Positions 1 to 14,726 of a stretch of DNA of 64,000 nucleotides are shown here, piece after piece. Made by a program: the position numbers and the translations under genes. Under the pieces are notes generated by a model. The model made no database searches, was not told the origin of the DNA, and saw only the letters and a program-made list of their open reading frames with translations. The first letter of the stretch is position 1, and each line of letters starts with the position of its first letter. The DNA comes from the human T2T-CHM13v2.0 reference genome, Homo sapiens, in assembly GCF_009914755.1 (NCBI RefSeq), contig NC_060927.1, one strand, 5' to 3'.

Positions 1-689
1 GATGCTGACAACTGGCTTAAGTCCTCTCATAAATGGAAATCTCTGTCATAATGAGGTTTCCACTTACTCAGTGTGTCTATTTTTATAGACTACAAAGGAT
101 CTGTAAATATGAATATCTGTGATTTCACTCTAAAGATTGGTAATGATATGTGTCTTGCATACTATGGGCACAAATGGGCACAAAAAAATGATAGAGTAGA
201 ACCAAAGGAAGCTTTGAAAATAACATGTTACACATAAAGAAACTGAGGCTCAGAAAATGGAAATGATTTGAGCAAAATCACTGGACAACTTAAAGGCAGA
301 ACTAAGATTAAAGATATTCTGAATAGTCAGGTCTTCTGTATTTATGGGTTTCTATGTAAATGTATAATCAAATACCATGAAGTGTTATATGAATATGACA
401 GATACTGTTATGTATGTTATTCTTAATCTAGTGGAGTTTCCTTCTTCATCAAGGGTCCTATTCATGTGTACATTTTGTTTCAGAAGCAAGTCTTCATTAC
501 TGCATAGTCCCACCCATAATGTTTACCAGGGATTTAGACCCAGATTTGGCTGTAAATTTGGCTTCATATTAAGTATTTTCTTGAATGACAATCACCTGGG
601 CCCCTAGCAAGAAAAGAGGAATGGCAAAGAAGAACCAGTTTTAGATAATTTTCAGCTGAAAAAAAAAAAATCTTTATTTTAAGAAGGGA

Positions 690-957
690 AAATACAGAAA
701 CATAGAAAGAATATAAAGCATTCAATTTCCCATGACTTTCAACGATTAACCTTTGAGCATATTGTATTGCCGTAAGGCAGGTCAGCCTGGCCAGCGAGTG
801 ACTTATCTCCATGTGGTAGTTCAGGGCCCAGTCTCCATCCTTCCTGTGCCTCACAAGGCCACATCTAACTGCAAGGAGCATGGGAAATGTAGTCTAGCAG
901 TGTGCCCAGCAAGAGGAGGAAATGGATTTTGGTGAGCAGTTAGCAGGCTCTGCCATG
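690..957 (-). mobile_element. MaLR LTR fragment (MLT1J/K-like)
   Basis: ggccacatctaactgcaagg...gggaaatgtagtctag...ttagcaggctctgcca matches the characteristic MLT1 terminus. Confidence 0.6.
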
Positions 958-982
958 CTTAGTAAACATCAGTCCTTTTTAA

Positions 983-1533
<551 letters not shown>

Positions 1534-2769
1534 TTTCCTCTTAACAGTTTTTTAGATATACATGTTCCTCCTGAAATGCCTTTAACTTTCTTCCTTCTTT
1601 CTTTTCTTCTTCTTCTTCTTTTTTTTTTTTTTCCGGCTGTTGTACGCAATTTATTCTTCAAGATCAAACTACAGGTCATCTTTTTTTGGCAGCCTTCTTC
1701 CGTCTCAGAACACTGAATTCATACCTGTGTTTTAGAGCTTAGACTTTATTGTAATTGCCTATTTTCATGTCTCTTTCTTCCCAAACTGTGAGTTGTTAGA
1801 GACAGGATCTCTGAATAATTTGTCTTTATACTTAAAGTTCTTGGCACTTGGTAATCCCGTAGGAGATTTATGTTAAGACAATTTTGACGGAGTCCTCTAA
1901 AATCTGTCGCTCAGTAACTCACCTGTGGATCATATAACGTTAACTTGCCTTTAGTAAGAGATTCGGGTATTTCAGAAACAAACATATTAGTGATTAAGAT
2001 TGATACTTACAAGAATGTCTTTTTTTAAGAGAAAGGTTTGCTTCACAATGTCTTTGTTTTGCTATTTGGCAGCAAACCTCCACTCTGATAAAAGAAATCT
2101 TTGCTTAGATAATAGACTCAGACTAAAATCCAAACAGCCGCACAGTAAGAGAACTAGAAAGTCTTGGAGACAATGATATCAAAACCCCGAGAGGCATTGC
2201 AGTGAAGAAGTATGCCCAACTCAGCACACCCCAGTTTCAACGTTCTGCTGTTTTTAAGCAGCGGTACCTCTACAAGGTTGCTCACTTATCTTCTTAAGTC
2301 TCTATTTTCTCATCCAGAAATAGGATTACATGTCATACAGGGCTGTTGTGTAGGCATTTGAGATTTCACATCTGTGAAAGTAGGCATCTTGAAAAGGGTC
2401 TTGCAAACATGAGGAATTAATATGCTACAGTGAATATGTTGCTGATACAACTCACACTTCTACTTCTGAAGAAACGAGAAACAAAAATAACACAAACTAT
2501 TCCCTTTCAGCACCTCCCACCACAAATATTCAATCGTGTTTTATTACCCATACAATATGCTAGAAGTTGCTTATTAACAAATAAGTTGGACACAGTTGTT
2601 CATTTTTCTTAGGAGGTATTGAGCCCTAAACACTATCGAGAGAGAGGTATTAGAGTAGGTCTCTGATTATGACAGTAAGAATAGTACTGGATTACTGCTT
2701 CTAGGCTCGAACACTGAAAGTTTTAAGCTGTCTTCTTTGGTGTAAGAGACAACTCTTAACGGAGGAACC

Positions 2770-3075
2770 CTGTGTTTCTCCATGGTGTATTCCACAGGTG
2801 TTAAGTATTCTGCACTGGGTTAGTGACAGCCGTGGAGTGGAGGTGGAGGCTGTTCTCTAGCCAAATAAACTTCAGAAATACTGAAAGAAATGGTCTCTCA
2901 GAATCTTTCATCATAAGAAAAAAACAGGAATCCATAATTAGCATTAGATAAAAGAGTAGAATCTAACAGAAAATAGCCTTTCCAAGTGTTATTTCAGAAA
3001 CAGCATAGCAAGCAAATAGAGTATTCAGAGAACAAAAAGAATGATAACGTTTTTCTCAAAATCTGTGAAATATTG
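2770..3075. mobile_element. hAT-Charlie non-autonomous element (MER103-like), degraded
   Basis: tgtgtttctccatggtgtattccacaggtgttaa...caaataaacttcagaaatactg...ctcagaatcttt resembles MER103. Confidence 0.4.
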
Positions 3076-4035
3076 ACAAGGTAAGTACTTTGAAATTAGA
3101 TTTATACTTGAAATGTAAGTGCTAGGGGTAGAATCTAAATTTCTGGCTTAGATTTATAAAGGACAGGATCGGCCTTCTTGCTGCCTTGTCTATATTGAAA
3201 GGGAAACTGATATTAGGTTGAGACAATGATAAATTGTGTCTGTTCTCTGAGGGTCCATCCTAAGACTGAAGACAGGAATTATCAAGTTTTCTCTAACAGT
3301 CGTTTGGCTTAATTAAAACAACTTGCACCATTATTATTAGAGGTAATATTTTATACTTTTCTAGCACTCTCTGTGGGAAGCATCGTTTGCTTGGGGAAAA
3401 AATGCATGGCACTTGGAGACAGGTGACACCATATTTTGGGCTCAAGGTCTCCCTGTATTGCAAGCCTGGAGAAAAGGTGTAGGTCACTTCCCAACCTCAT
3501 TTTCAATTCCACTACCTGAACTGTAATAATCCACTCCCTCAGAGGCAGTTTGAGAGATTCAAAGAGATCCTCTTTGTTACAATTGTCTGAAAGTAGTTAA
3601 ACTCTATTTATCATGAAATGTGGGTTATCTCACTTTAATTCTTACAGAGACTGTGAGGTACCACTGGCAAGTCCATTGATAGAAGAGAACCTGAAGTTAT
3701 GAAAGGTTGACAAGCTCACCTAAGGATGCCAAGTGAAGGTCATAGTCAAATCTCTGTCTCTAACCTTAATGATACTGCCGTATAATGTATTCCTTTATCT
3801 CTGGCCACCAGTATATTAGATAAACTCACCATCTCATTTCAGTCTTGCTGCTCTCCCATTCACCCTCTACTTCAGCGGGAACTTTCTAAATATGATTAGA
3901 ACACTCTTCTAAAAACACTTACCGTGGTTTCTAATGCCTGGATGTTCCTAATTGAGAACATGCAAATATATTCCCCGTGGTCTGTGAACTTCTTGAAATT
4001 GTAAGTAAATTTTGTGTACACTGCAGATACCTGTT

Positions 4036-4064
4036 TTGTTGTTGTTGTTGTTGTTGTTGTTGTT
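4036..4064 (+). repeat. (TTG)n microsatellite
   Basis: About 9 perfect TTG units. Confidence 0.95.
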
Positions 4065-4379
4065 TTGTCAAAAGACAGTTTAACACATTAGATTTTGAGA
4101 CTTGTCCACGTTCTTACCCAAGGCCTGGAGCCCCTAGCTCACCGAGAAGCCCTAAACATCTCAGCATGGCATGGAAGCAGTAATTAACTGACCCTTCCTA
4201 TTTTTCCACCTGTCCAGACCGAAATACTGAACCACTTGTAGTTTTTCCCACTCACACCAAACTACGTCTCAACTTTGAAACTGTGCTCCTCTCAGGGTCC
4301 TTCACTTGGCCTGGGTTGGAAGCTCCAGGATAGCGGGTCATGTCTAGCATATCTTTATCACTTGAAGTCATCATGTTTA

Positions 4380-4830
4380 AAAAGATTTATATTCATGGAT
4401 TACAAAAGTAGAACTACTTGCTGTACAATAAAGAAACAAATGTAGAAAGTGAAAGTCCCCTAAGATTCCACCTGCTAGAAAGAATCTCCTTTAACATTTC
4501 CGTACCTGGTCTTTATATAGACCTGTAAATAAACTGTAGTTACTTTATCCTATTCTGCAGTTGGATTTGTTCTTTATGAAACATGTCTTGTTCATCTTTG
4601 CAGGCTTGTTCCATAGATTTACAATGTACGTATCTGTCATTGTCTATTTAGGTGATTCTTTTGCTGGTTAGTTTACCTTGTTAGTCCTTGTTCCTCCTCT
4701 CAAATATGGCTCCTGTGACCAACCTTCGTCATTTAATTTTATTCACTTGTATGAGTACTTCTGTACAATTTTCCTGGAAGCAAGTCACATGTATGCAATT
4801 TAAAGTTTAACAATACTGGCAACCATTCAT
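4380..4830 (-). mobile_element. Old L1 (L1ME-like) 3' fragment
   Basis: Degraded similarity to an antisense L1ME 3' UTR. Confidence 0.4.
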
Positions 4831-4904
4831 CCAATATTCATGTTTATGCAAATACCTATCAATATACTATGCTATATATATATATAATTTTTTTTAATTT
4901 TTTC

Positions 4905-5197
4905 TTTTTTTGTGTGGGGGGAAAATAGAATCTCCCTCTGTCACCAAGGTTGGAATGCAGTGGCACGATCTTGGCTCAAACTGTACCACCGGGTTCAAGC
5001 GATTTTCATGCCCCAGCCTCCTGAGTAGCTGGGATTACAGGCGTGCATTATCACACCTGGCTAATTTTTGTGTTTTTAGTAGATACGGGGTTTCACAGTT
5101 TTGGCTAGGCTGGTCTCGAACTTCTGGCCTCAAGTGATCTGCCAGCCTTGATTTCCCAAGATGCTGGGATTACTGATGTAAGCCACTGTGCCCGACC
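4905..5197 (-). mobile_element. AluS, antisense, with small internal deletion
   Basis: ctctgtcaccaaggttggaatgcagtggcacgatcttggctca...gccactgtgcccgacc. Confidence 0.92.
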
Positions 5198-6429
5198 TGT
5201 GCTTTTTATAATTAATCATTTGTGCATGTTTCTTACCCCCACTAGACTGCAAAACTCTCAAAAACAAAGGTTGTGTGTAATATATCTTCATGTCCCTCCT
5301 GGGTTCTTACAGAAGGTACACAAAATAAACCCTGTAAGAATGAGTGGATAAAACAATAAACAAAAGAATAACTGAATAATTCAGTAGCTTCTCTAATCCT
5401 CATATGACAGGTAATGTTTACAGTTCAGAGGAGGTCCTAAGTTTAACCTTTAATGTTTGCTAATAAATAAGTCAGTCAAGGATGAGCTCTTGTCCTGACT
5501 TTATCAAAACTAGCCCTCCCTGATTTTTGGGGGGCTCTCAGTTTCCCTGTCTCACAAAGAGGAGATTAGCATAATGGTTCTTCAGATCCTGGCAAGCAAC
5601 TCAATTTTTTTTGTCTGTAACCTGAGCATATGCCATAGTTTACTCATCACTGTCTCATCTCTAATCCAAATTGTTCAACAATGCAATAAAGTCTCAGGCT
5701 AAGGTTAGTGACCAGCATAAAATATTTTTGGCCTTTTCAGCCTTCTGCGTGTCTGTACTTCAAATGTCTGTATATTTTGGGAAACCAAAAAAAATGGAAA
5801 TTATTTTAGAGAAAAGGCCAAATAGGTACCAATCAACCTTCTTGACTATGTTTAGAAGACATTTAACGCTTTAGACATCACACAAATGATTAATACCCAT
5901 CTTGGAGTTGTAGTAAATGTTGGGAATGATAGCATGTGTTCAGAGATTTGTACTTTACAGGATTTTCACGTCCAAGAGCTCACTTGGTGTAGTGAAGATA
6001 ATAGGAGAATGAATATGTAGCTTTCAGTTTTGTTGAACTTACTCTTGTAAACATTCTGAAAAGAGAACCTTTTGGCCAACTATTTTAACAATGCATAAAT
6101 ATCAAGGCAAGAGCATTCCCAACCCACATCTCTGCCCATTACTCATGGCAGACATCATCATCAGTTCTAAATTTAAATAATAGCATTTCTGTTTTTATCA
6201 CACTTTTATTAAGAATGTTGGGGTGAGATATTAGAAATGGTCAAATTTATAGGCAATGGAAAATGTGATAAATTCCCTTTTAATCACATAGCACAAAGCT
6301 ACTTTAAATCTAGTATATGGCCTTTATTCCTTTTTTACATACTTTTTATTCTTCATTGATGATCTCAAGTACTCTCTCAATTGATATTTGATTCTCTTGC
6401 ATTGCTATAATTCTGGCTCGCCCGCCTAT

Positions 6430-6770
6430 TTATTTTTTAATTTTTTTTTTACTGCAGTATGTTTTGGGGTACATGTGAGTTTTGGTTACATGGATGGGTT
6501 CTATAGTGGTGAATTCTGAGATTTTAGTGCACCCATCACCCAAGCAGTGTACACTGTACCCATAAGGGTGGAATGAAGGGGGAATAGACAAAGGCCCCAG
6601 TGGCCCTGCATGTCCCATATGGGTACAGGGGATGAGGGATAAAAGACTATACATTTTATATGGAGTCTTTGATCCCTGCCCCCCTGCCCAACCTGGCCGC
6701 GCCAAAGCCCCAAAGTCCATCATTTTGCTCTGTATGTCTTCACATCCTCGTAGCTTTGCTCTCACCCACC
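6430..6770 (-). mobile_element. L1PB/L1MA-type 3' end, antisense, with an internal rearranged insert
   Basis: Poly-T, ttttggttacatggatg...gagattttagtgcacccatcacccaagcagtgtacactgtaccc...ccccaaagtccat...catcctcgtagc. Confidence 0.85.
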
Positions 6771-7547
6771 CATTTCAACACCAACCCAGTGTCAATGCTA
6801 CTGACTTATCATCACTATTTGAAATCTGGCTGTTTGCAGTGCTGGAAAAATGAAATTACTCAACTTCCTTAACTGGAACAAAAGAACTAGAACCAAAATG
6901 TTCGCTTTCTGGACTCCTGTACTCGATAAGATTTATCTCATTTCCTATCTCAAAGTTTATATGTGGTCCCGAAGTACACAACTTCCACAAGCTCTTTATG
7001 CTGCTTGACTTTTTTCACCTGAGTGTGAGAAACTTCTACCTGTATGTTTTCTCCCTTTTAGCTGAATAAGGCCTAGCCTGCTCTGCTCCCTCTCTTCAGG
7101 AAGTCCGTCGCGGGCTATGCGAGAGGTCCCACCTTATACCCTTATTTTGCTCTTCCTGCAGCTGTTTTTCTTTAATTATTAATGTGCCTGTATCTCTCAC
7201 TTCACTGTAAGGTTCATAAGAAAGAAAGACTCAATTTATTTTTCTCATAAATGTATAACAGCAAATAGTGATTACTTAGCAATTGTTGAACAAAATAGAT
7301 TCTTCCTATTGTAAACATGGATTTCTAAAGCCTGATAGATGACTCATCTAGATAAGGCAAATGAGTAAAGAGATGTGTCCAAGGTTAGCCACTGAATAAG
7401 TGATAAAACTAATTCTAAAACCCAGGTCTCCTGACAGCCACGTCCAGTGCTTTTTCCTCTCCAGTGCAATCGCTGCTTGTTTAGGCTGACTGCCTTGGTT
7501 GATGGTCTAGGTGGCAATTAAAGGACTGTGTGCTTTCTGCCTTTCAG

Positions 7548-7674
7548 GGTGGCCATTCAGGGCAACTGGGGCCTTCGTCAGTTGCCCCTTCATTCCGCCC
7601 AGAGGATGAGCTTGAGCACCTGACCAAAAAGATGCTGTATGACATGGAAAATCCACCTGCTGACGAATACTTTG
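7548..7674 (+). CDS. LPP: LPP coding exon (127 nt, phase 0 to 1): end of pre-LIM region, including the EDELEHLTKKMLYDM helix shared with zyxin/TRIP6
   Basis: Acceptor tgctttctgcctttcag ends at 7547; donor G|gtgagt at 7675; open frame of 42 codons plus 1 nt. Confidence 0.96.
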
Positions 7675-7940
7675 GTGAGTGGGGCCTAGAGCTGACTTCT
7701 GAAGTAACTATCTTGCTCTGATTTCCTTCCTTAGTAATTGGAACTATTATCAGCTCCACTGGTAAAGTATTTGAGTCCAGATGCATGAGAGTTGATATAC
7801 ATCCCCGCACAACTAAGTAATTGTAGGATTTGCATTTGCAAGACTGCCATAGATGTGATGTCTACTTAGCTTATACTAAAATTTCAGTGGTCCTTAGAGT
7901 TTCCTTAGATACAAATTTTATTGTTGAGACTTATTTTTTA

Positions 7941-8198
7941 CCAGTCTAGGCAACATGGGGAGACCCTGTCTCCATTAAAAATACAAAAATTAGCTGAGTG
8001 TGGTGGCATGTGCCTGCAGTCCCAGCTACTCAGAAGGCTGAGGCTGGAGAATCACCTGAGCCTGGGAGGTCGAGGCTGCAGTGAGCTGTGGCTCAGTGAG
8101 CTGTGGTTGTGCCACTGCACTCCAGCCTGGACAACAGAGTGAGACCCTGTTTTTTTGTTTTTTGTTTTTGTTTTTGTTTTTTGTTTTAAAAAAGAAGA
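7941..8198 (+). mobile_element. 5'-truncated AluJ-like element with a 15-nt-period duplication and a T-rich tail
   Basis: ggcaacatggggagaccctgtctc...aaaaatacaaaaattagc...gagtgagaccctgt. Confidence 0.9.
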
Positions 8199-8595
8199 CA
8201 TTTTTTGACAACTTATTAGCTTCCCATTAGGCAGAAATAGGATTTCTGTGTATGTTCCCATTTCTCACTGGTCTAAAGATTCAAGTAAAAAATGTGGAAT
8301 TGGATATTGTCTGATATCCAATTTCCAGATTGTACTCTTAATTTTTTTTTCTATCTCAGTTGAAGAAATGATGTTTTCTTTGTAGTTTTAATTTTCCCCT
8401 CTTCAAACTTGTTAATAACTAGGAATGGTTAATCCTTCCAATCCATGAATATAATGCAAATTTATGAATTATATGCCGATTGTGAGGTTCTGTGGACGCA
8501 TAACCTGTCCTCAGTGAGGTTAAAATTGTTCAGAAAGAGGTAAGACAAGCATACAAATAATTACTAGTCTAGGTAGAAAGTGATAAAAGACATGA

Positions 8596-9307
<712 letters not shown>

Positions 9308-10519
9308 CTTTAAGGACAAATAGAGAAACGACATTTGGGGAACAGTATTAGTAAAGGCACAAAGATGGGGAAATTGCACAGGATTTTTGCTTCTTCAAAT
9401 ATTTTCTATTTTCATGTCTTTTTTGCTCCTATATGGGAATATGTAATGACAGGTCAACTGACCACACCAGTCCAAAAACACACAGTAGATGAAGTAGGAG
9501 GTATTAGGATATGAAAACCCTGGCTTTTATTTGTGTTGGGGTGGCAGTTTAGCTTAGCTAAAAGAGCAAAAAGAGTGGGAATGAAACATCTGGTTGTGGT
9601 CTCTTCTCTGTCCCTCGCTGGCCAAGCAATACTGGCATGTCACCCATCTGCCTGAGCCCCATTTCCCACCTCACTATATCAACGGTTGGGGCAAATGTTC
9701 TCTAGCATTTCTTTCAACAGTAATAAGTTCAATGTACAAACATCCTTAATCTAAAGTATAACAATAAAGCTAAACATAAATTGATGGAGATTAACAACAA
9801 TGCATGGAGAACAGTAAAACAAAACATAGAAAATCCACGAAGGTTTCTAGTTACATCAAAATACACAAAAAGTTTATTAATGCTCTTGTCATTGCCATGT
9901 GAGGAGGGTTTATAATGGGGTCTAAAATACATTTTTTAAAAGTGAAAAATAAGGTCTCTGTATTTAGGTCCTATTAAAAAGGAAAAGCTGACTTACCAAG
10001 TATATATGCTTCAAATATCATAGCAACAAAATATATTGCCACAAAAAAAAAACTGAACATAGATGCTAATTGCATGAATGAATATATATTGAACACTCTG
10101 GGAAACAGATATAAATTATTACCTTTCCCTTCAAGAACTGTCCAAGCTCTACTACTTAGTAGCTTAGAAAACTTGAACAAGTATTATTCCCTCTAAACCT
10201 TCATTTTTGTTTTGTTTTATCTGTAATATGGGAATAATAACTAGCTTATACTGTTGTTTTAAGAAATGGATGAAATATTTATACAAAGCACTTAGCCAAG
10301 TTCTTGGCATGTAGAATATGCTCAATACAATACTCAAGGTTCTCCCATGCTCTTGGGGCTTATAGTTTATTTAAGACATAAGATATGCTCGTTAAAAATC
10401 CATTAATAATGCTCAATTTAAGTTTAAGTTCCTAGCAACAATAGAACGTATGTCACTGGTAAGTAATCATTGCCAAATGGGGATGAATAACCATTTGAGA
10501 ATTTGGAAAAATGGCTAAC

Positions 10520-10720
10520 TTTTATTGAGTGCTTATGATATGGCAGCACTATATTTTATTTACATTATAGGAATTAACTCATTTCACTCTTATAGGAAAA
10601 CATAACCCTGTGAAATAGATACTATTATCATTTTCAGATTTTGAAATTAAGGCACAGAAATATTAATTTGCCTAATGTCAACAGCTAATACATTGCAGAA
10701 CTGAATTAGAATGCAGATCT
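10520..10720 (-). mobile_element. MIR SINE
   Basis: tttattgagtgcttatg...ccctgtgaaatagatactattatc...gaaattaaggcacaga...ttgcctaatgtcaacagcta. Confidence 0.65.
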
Positions 10721-12329
10721 GTACATTTACACACCACACTGTAAAAGATGGGGAAAGCTAGCCAGGCTACATATTTAGAAGAGTGTTTATGGTGGAGATT
10801 AGCTTTGGACAGATGGGAAATAAGAGATGAGCATTCTCTTCTAGGTACACAGAATTAACAAAATATAAGTTGAGGCCAGGATTATTTAAAGAAAATTTAC
10901 GTTATGTAGAAAACAAAAAAAAAAGTGCCTATGGTAATATTCAGGCTGCTCTGCTAGGTGGTGGTGGGGGTAGATGTGGGTCTTACCTTTGAAGTTCTTA
11001 TAGTCTAATAGGATATGTGTACAGAGTTATGGTGTTATAAGCACAAGGCAGAAAGTGACAAGTGACTTAATCAATGTTCACCAAGTGTTCTTTGAGAATT
11101 CAGAAAAAGGAAAGAGAAAATCAAGAGAGAGAAATGGAAAAGTATTTATGGAATACTTAGCCTTTGAGTAAGTCTTTAAAATTGTGCTAATTGAGATTTG
11201 GAAGTAGGAAGATAGTAGAGAAGTGAAGTCATTTCTCATGAGGGGAGTTTTTGACATAACAGGGAATAAAACCACTGGAGTGAAGTGTCCACGTGAGAAG
11301 TAGCAAATATTGGGAAATAAGGTTCAAGTAGTAGGTTAGGACCAATCTAGGGAAGGCTGTCAATGTCCGGCTAAAGGCTAAGAACGTTATTGTCTATAAT
11401 GAGCCCTTGCACATTGAGATCACATGCCATGAGAACTGCTCTGTGGATAGTGGTTAAAAACATGCACTCCAGAGCCAGGATGCACTTCTTACCAGCAAGA
11501 TGAAATCAAGAGGCAAAGGACTAGTGAAAAGAACTGTCCTTTATTGTTCCGTGCTTTAAACATTTCTCAAGCACCTTCTCTGTGCCTGCTACTGTGCTGG
11601 GTGTTCAGGACACCCAAATGCAGAGGCTCTGCCCTCATGGGGCTCACGGGTTCCTAGGAAGGACAAGAGAGTCACAGATGTCAAGGATTTTAGTGCAGAT
11701 ATTAGCACTGTGTTGGGTGTGACTGAGCTGCTATGTGAGAGTCCATAAGTCTGCCTGAGGATGAGCGGAAAGAATACATAGCAGTGTGTTTGCATCAGCA
11801 GGGCCTGACCCAAGAGCGATAAAGTCTTCTCTTCCTTTCTGTCAGAGTTTTACCTTTGGCCTATTCTGGACTGCAAATAGCATTGCCAAGCACTTCCCTT
11901 AAATAACTTCTCTTTTTTGCAGGACTATCCTCTCAGCCCTGCCAAAACCCCATCACCTACTCTTTCTTTACTACTTTGCCTATTTAATGCTGGAATTTTT
12001 ATTTAAACTGTAGCTGATTTACTGAAGGTAATTAAGTGCTTTCATGCTGTAGATCTCCTGCTAGACTACAGGCTGTACTTGGGAGTGAGAGTGAACAAAA
12101 TGTAAATAAATGATGTCAACAGAGTAGGTTCCTTTGTGGTCATGTTGCTTTGCTTCCAAGACACTCTTTTTTTTTTCATAAGTAGAATGATTCATGAATA
12201 TGTTATTATAGTTCTTGTTTCTTTGCGGAGCCCCTCATCACTCTTAACAGTTTTATTTATATTGAATTATAATTATCGTATGCTTAAAAGTACTGGGAGA
12301 GGTACCAGAAGATCACCTCACAGATGACT

Positions 12330-12870
12330 TAAGTACAAAGGAGAAAAGGAACTTTTATAATGGAGAGGTCTCCTGGAAGCCGTCTTAAACCAAGTAATGA
12401 AATTTAACATCCTCAATAATGGGACAGACTGGCATGTGCCAACTGAATGTAGGAAGTCTGCAGCATCGTCTAGGCAGTGGTCTTGCTAAAATATTTCAGC
12501 TCTATCCAACCATGAGGAAGTAAAAAATGCAGATGATGGGACATGCTTCAAGACACCTGTCCTGAATTCTGCAACACTGTCAATGTTATAAAACACTATT
12601 CTAGATTAAAGGAAATTGAAGAGACATGCCATTCAAATGCAAGGCATGTGTCTTGATTGAATTCTGGATGAAAAAAAAAAAAGCTGTAAAGGATTGGTAG
12701 CAAACTTAGAGAAATTTGAATATCAATGATATATTAGATAATACATCAATGTTAATTTCATGATGATATTAATGGTGTTGTGATTATGTAGGAAAATCTT
12801 ATTTTTATGAGCTATTTGTTGCAGTATAAGGTGAGGTATGATTGTGTCTACAGTTTTATTTTGAAATATT
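12330..12870 (+). mobile_element. Old L1 (L1MC-like) 3' UTR
   Basis: ctagattaaaggaaattgaagagacatg...aaatgcaa...gaattctggat...gaaatttgaata...gtgattatgtaggaaaat; followed by GA-rich simple repeat. Confidence 0.7.
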
Positions 12871-13329
12871 GATAGAGTGACAGAAATAGAGAGAGAGAGA
12901 CAGAAAGAGAGAGAGGGATGATTGACAGATATATGTAGACAAACAGAGATAGAGATAAATGTGGGGAGGCAGAATCACCTCAGGTTAAAACAGCTAGAGA
13001 TGCTATAACTGCAACAACTATAAGGACTCCCCTCCTCTCTAAAAGTGTACTGAAGCCTGTCACAAATGAATTACCTTAAGAATCCCTTCTTGGGTGGGTA
13101 GAGAGATTGACATTTCTGCACCTTCTCAACTTTCCTGTTTTAATGACTACAGTGGGTCTTTGAAATTTCCCGTTATCGTTTTCTTTTTTTCTTATTTTTT
13201 ACCAGACATACACATCTTCTATTGCTGGTGAGATGAGGACAATTGTGGTAGTGATGACAAAAGCTGATATTTACCTAGAGCTCCATATGTTTAAAAAACC
13301 AAGTCGCAGCCACAACATGACTGGCAGAC

Positions 13330-13470
13330 CTGGCGATGATGTCTTCATTTCATTTTTTGGATGGGGAAATAGAGATTCAGAGAGGCTCAGTGAGTTGTTC
13401 AAGCTCACATAGCTAATAATTTTGGAATTTGGCCTCACTCTTCTGATCTCATGTCTATCATAATACATTA
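13330..13470 (-). mobile_element. MIR SINE
   Basis: catttttttggatggggaaatagagattcagagaggctcagtgagttgttcaagctcacatagcta. Confidence 0.65.
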
Positions 13471-14389
13471 CCATTACAGAAAGGTATATAAATGCTGTTC
13501 CTGCTGAATGTTAGTAACTGGCTGTTTCTCTCCCATGTCATAACTTTTCCTTATGAAGTTATGATCTTCAAGTGAGAGATGGAGGGACTGCTTCTGCCCA
13601 AGATTACATGTTTGTAATCTGGACTTCGATGTCACTGATATGTTTCAACTATCTTAAACATCCTGAATTAACTGCTGTGACATGGCTGAGGTACATACAT
13701 TAGGAAGACCGTCTACCGAATACCTACCTATCAGCCATTTTGCAGTCTGTAGTTCTTCTCTTGACCATGGGAGAAGGCAAATCACTAATAGCCACCGTTC
13801 TTATTTTTTCAAGTCAGGTTTTTTTATAAAATATAACAAACAGGGACCCTTAACTGTCTCAGCTGGGTTTTTTTTTAATGATTTCTTCTGGAAAGGTGAT
13901 AGTTTTAGTGTTTCCATGCCTTCTTTTGTCCATGTTCATTATAACTTGTGACTGTCGCATTACAGTATTAGGTAAATGCCACAGATGTTGAACCATGATA
14001 AAGCAGTTGGATGAGTCTATATCTCTAAAGGGAAGATACAGTCTCTATACTGTGGGCATTTGCCATCTACTTGGACTTAAGTTTTGGCTATAACAGATTT
14101 CCTTACCATGGACCTGTGTCTTTCCATTAACACTGGTGTCATTGAGAGGGCCTCTAAACACTACCCTGTAGAGGAAAGGGAGGAAACATAGTAGAAAGTT
14201 GGGGGTAGGAGAAAATTCTTACCCAGTTCAATAAACCAGACAGTGAGTGTTTAGCCCAGCTCATCTACAGGAAGCCTTGGTTCAAGTGCTTGCATTTTAG
14301 AGCAAATTTTTTCCTAGACAACTAGAAAAATATGTTGATACTAAAGGAGGCTCTCAGTTCTAGTGATAGATACTTAAAAAGAACAAGGG

Positions 14390-14726
<337 letters not shown>

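Noticed and set aside
164-183. 10-bp tandem duplication atgggcacaa x2; similar micro-duplications near 26710, 41265 and 56483
   Set aside because: Ordinary slippage events with no further structure.
7675-7721. Read-through of the exon 7 donor (GEWGLELTSEVTILL*), and likewise exon 8 (VSSRF...CG*)
   Set aside because: Consensus GTGAGT/GTAAGT donors are present; these are ORF-caller extensions into the intron with no supporting signal.
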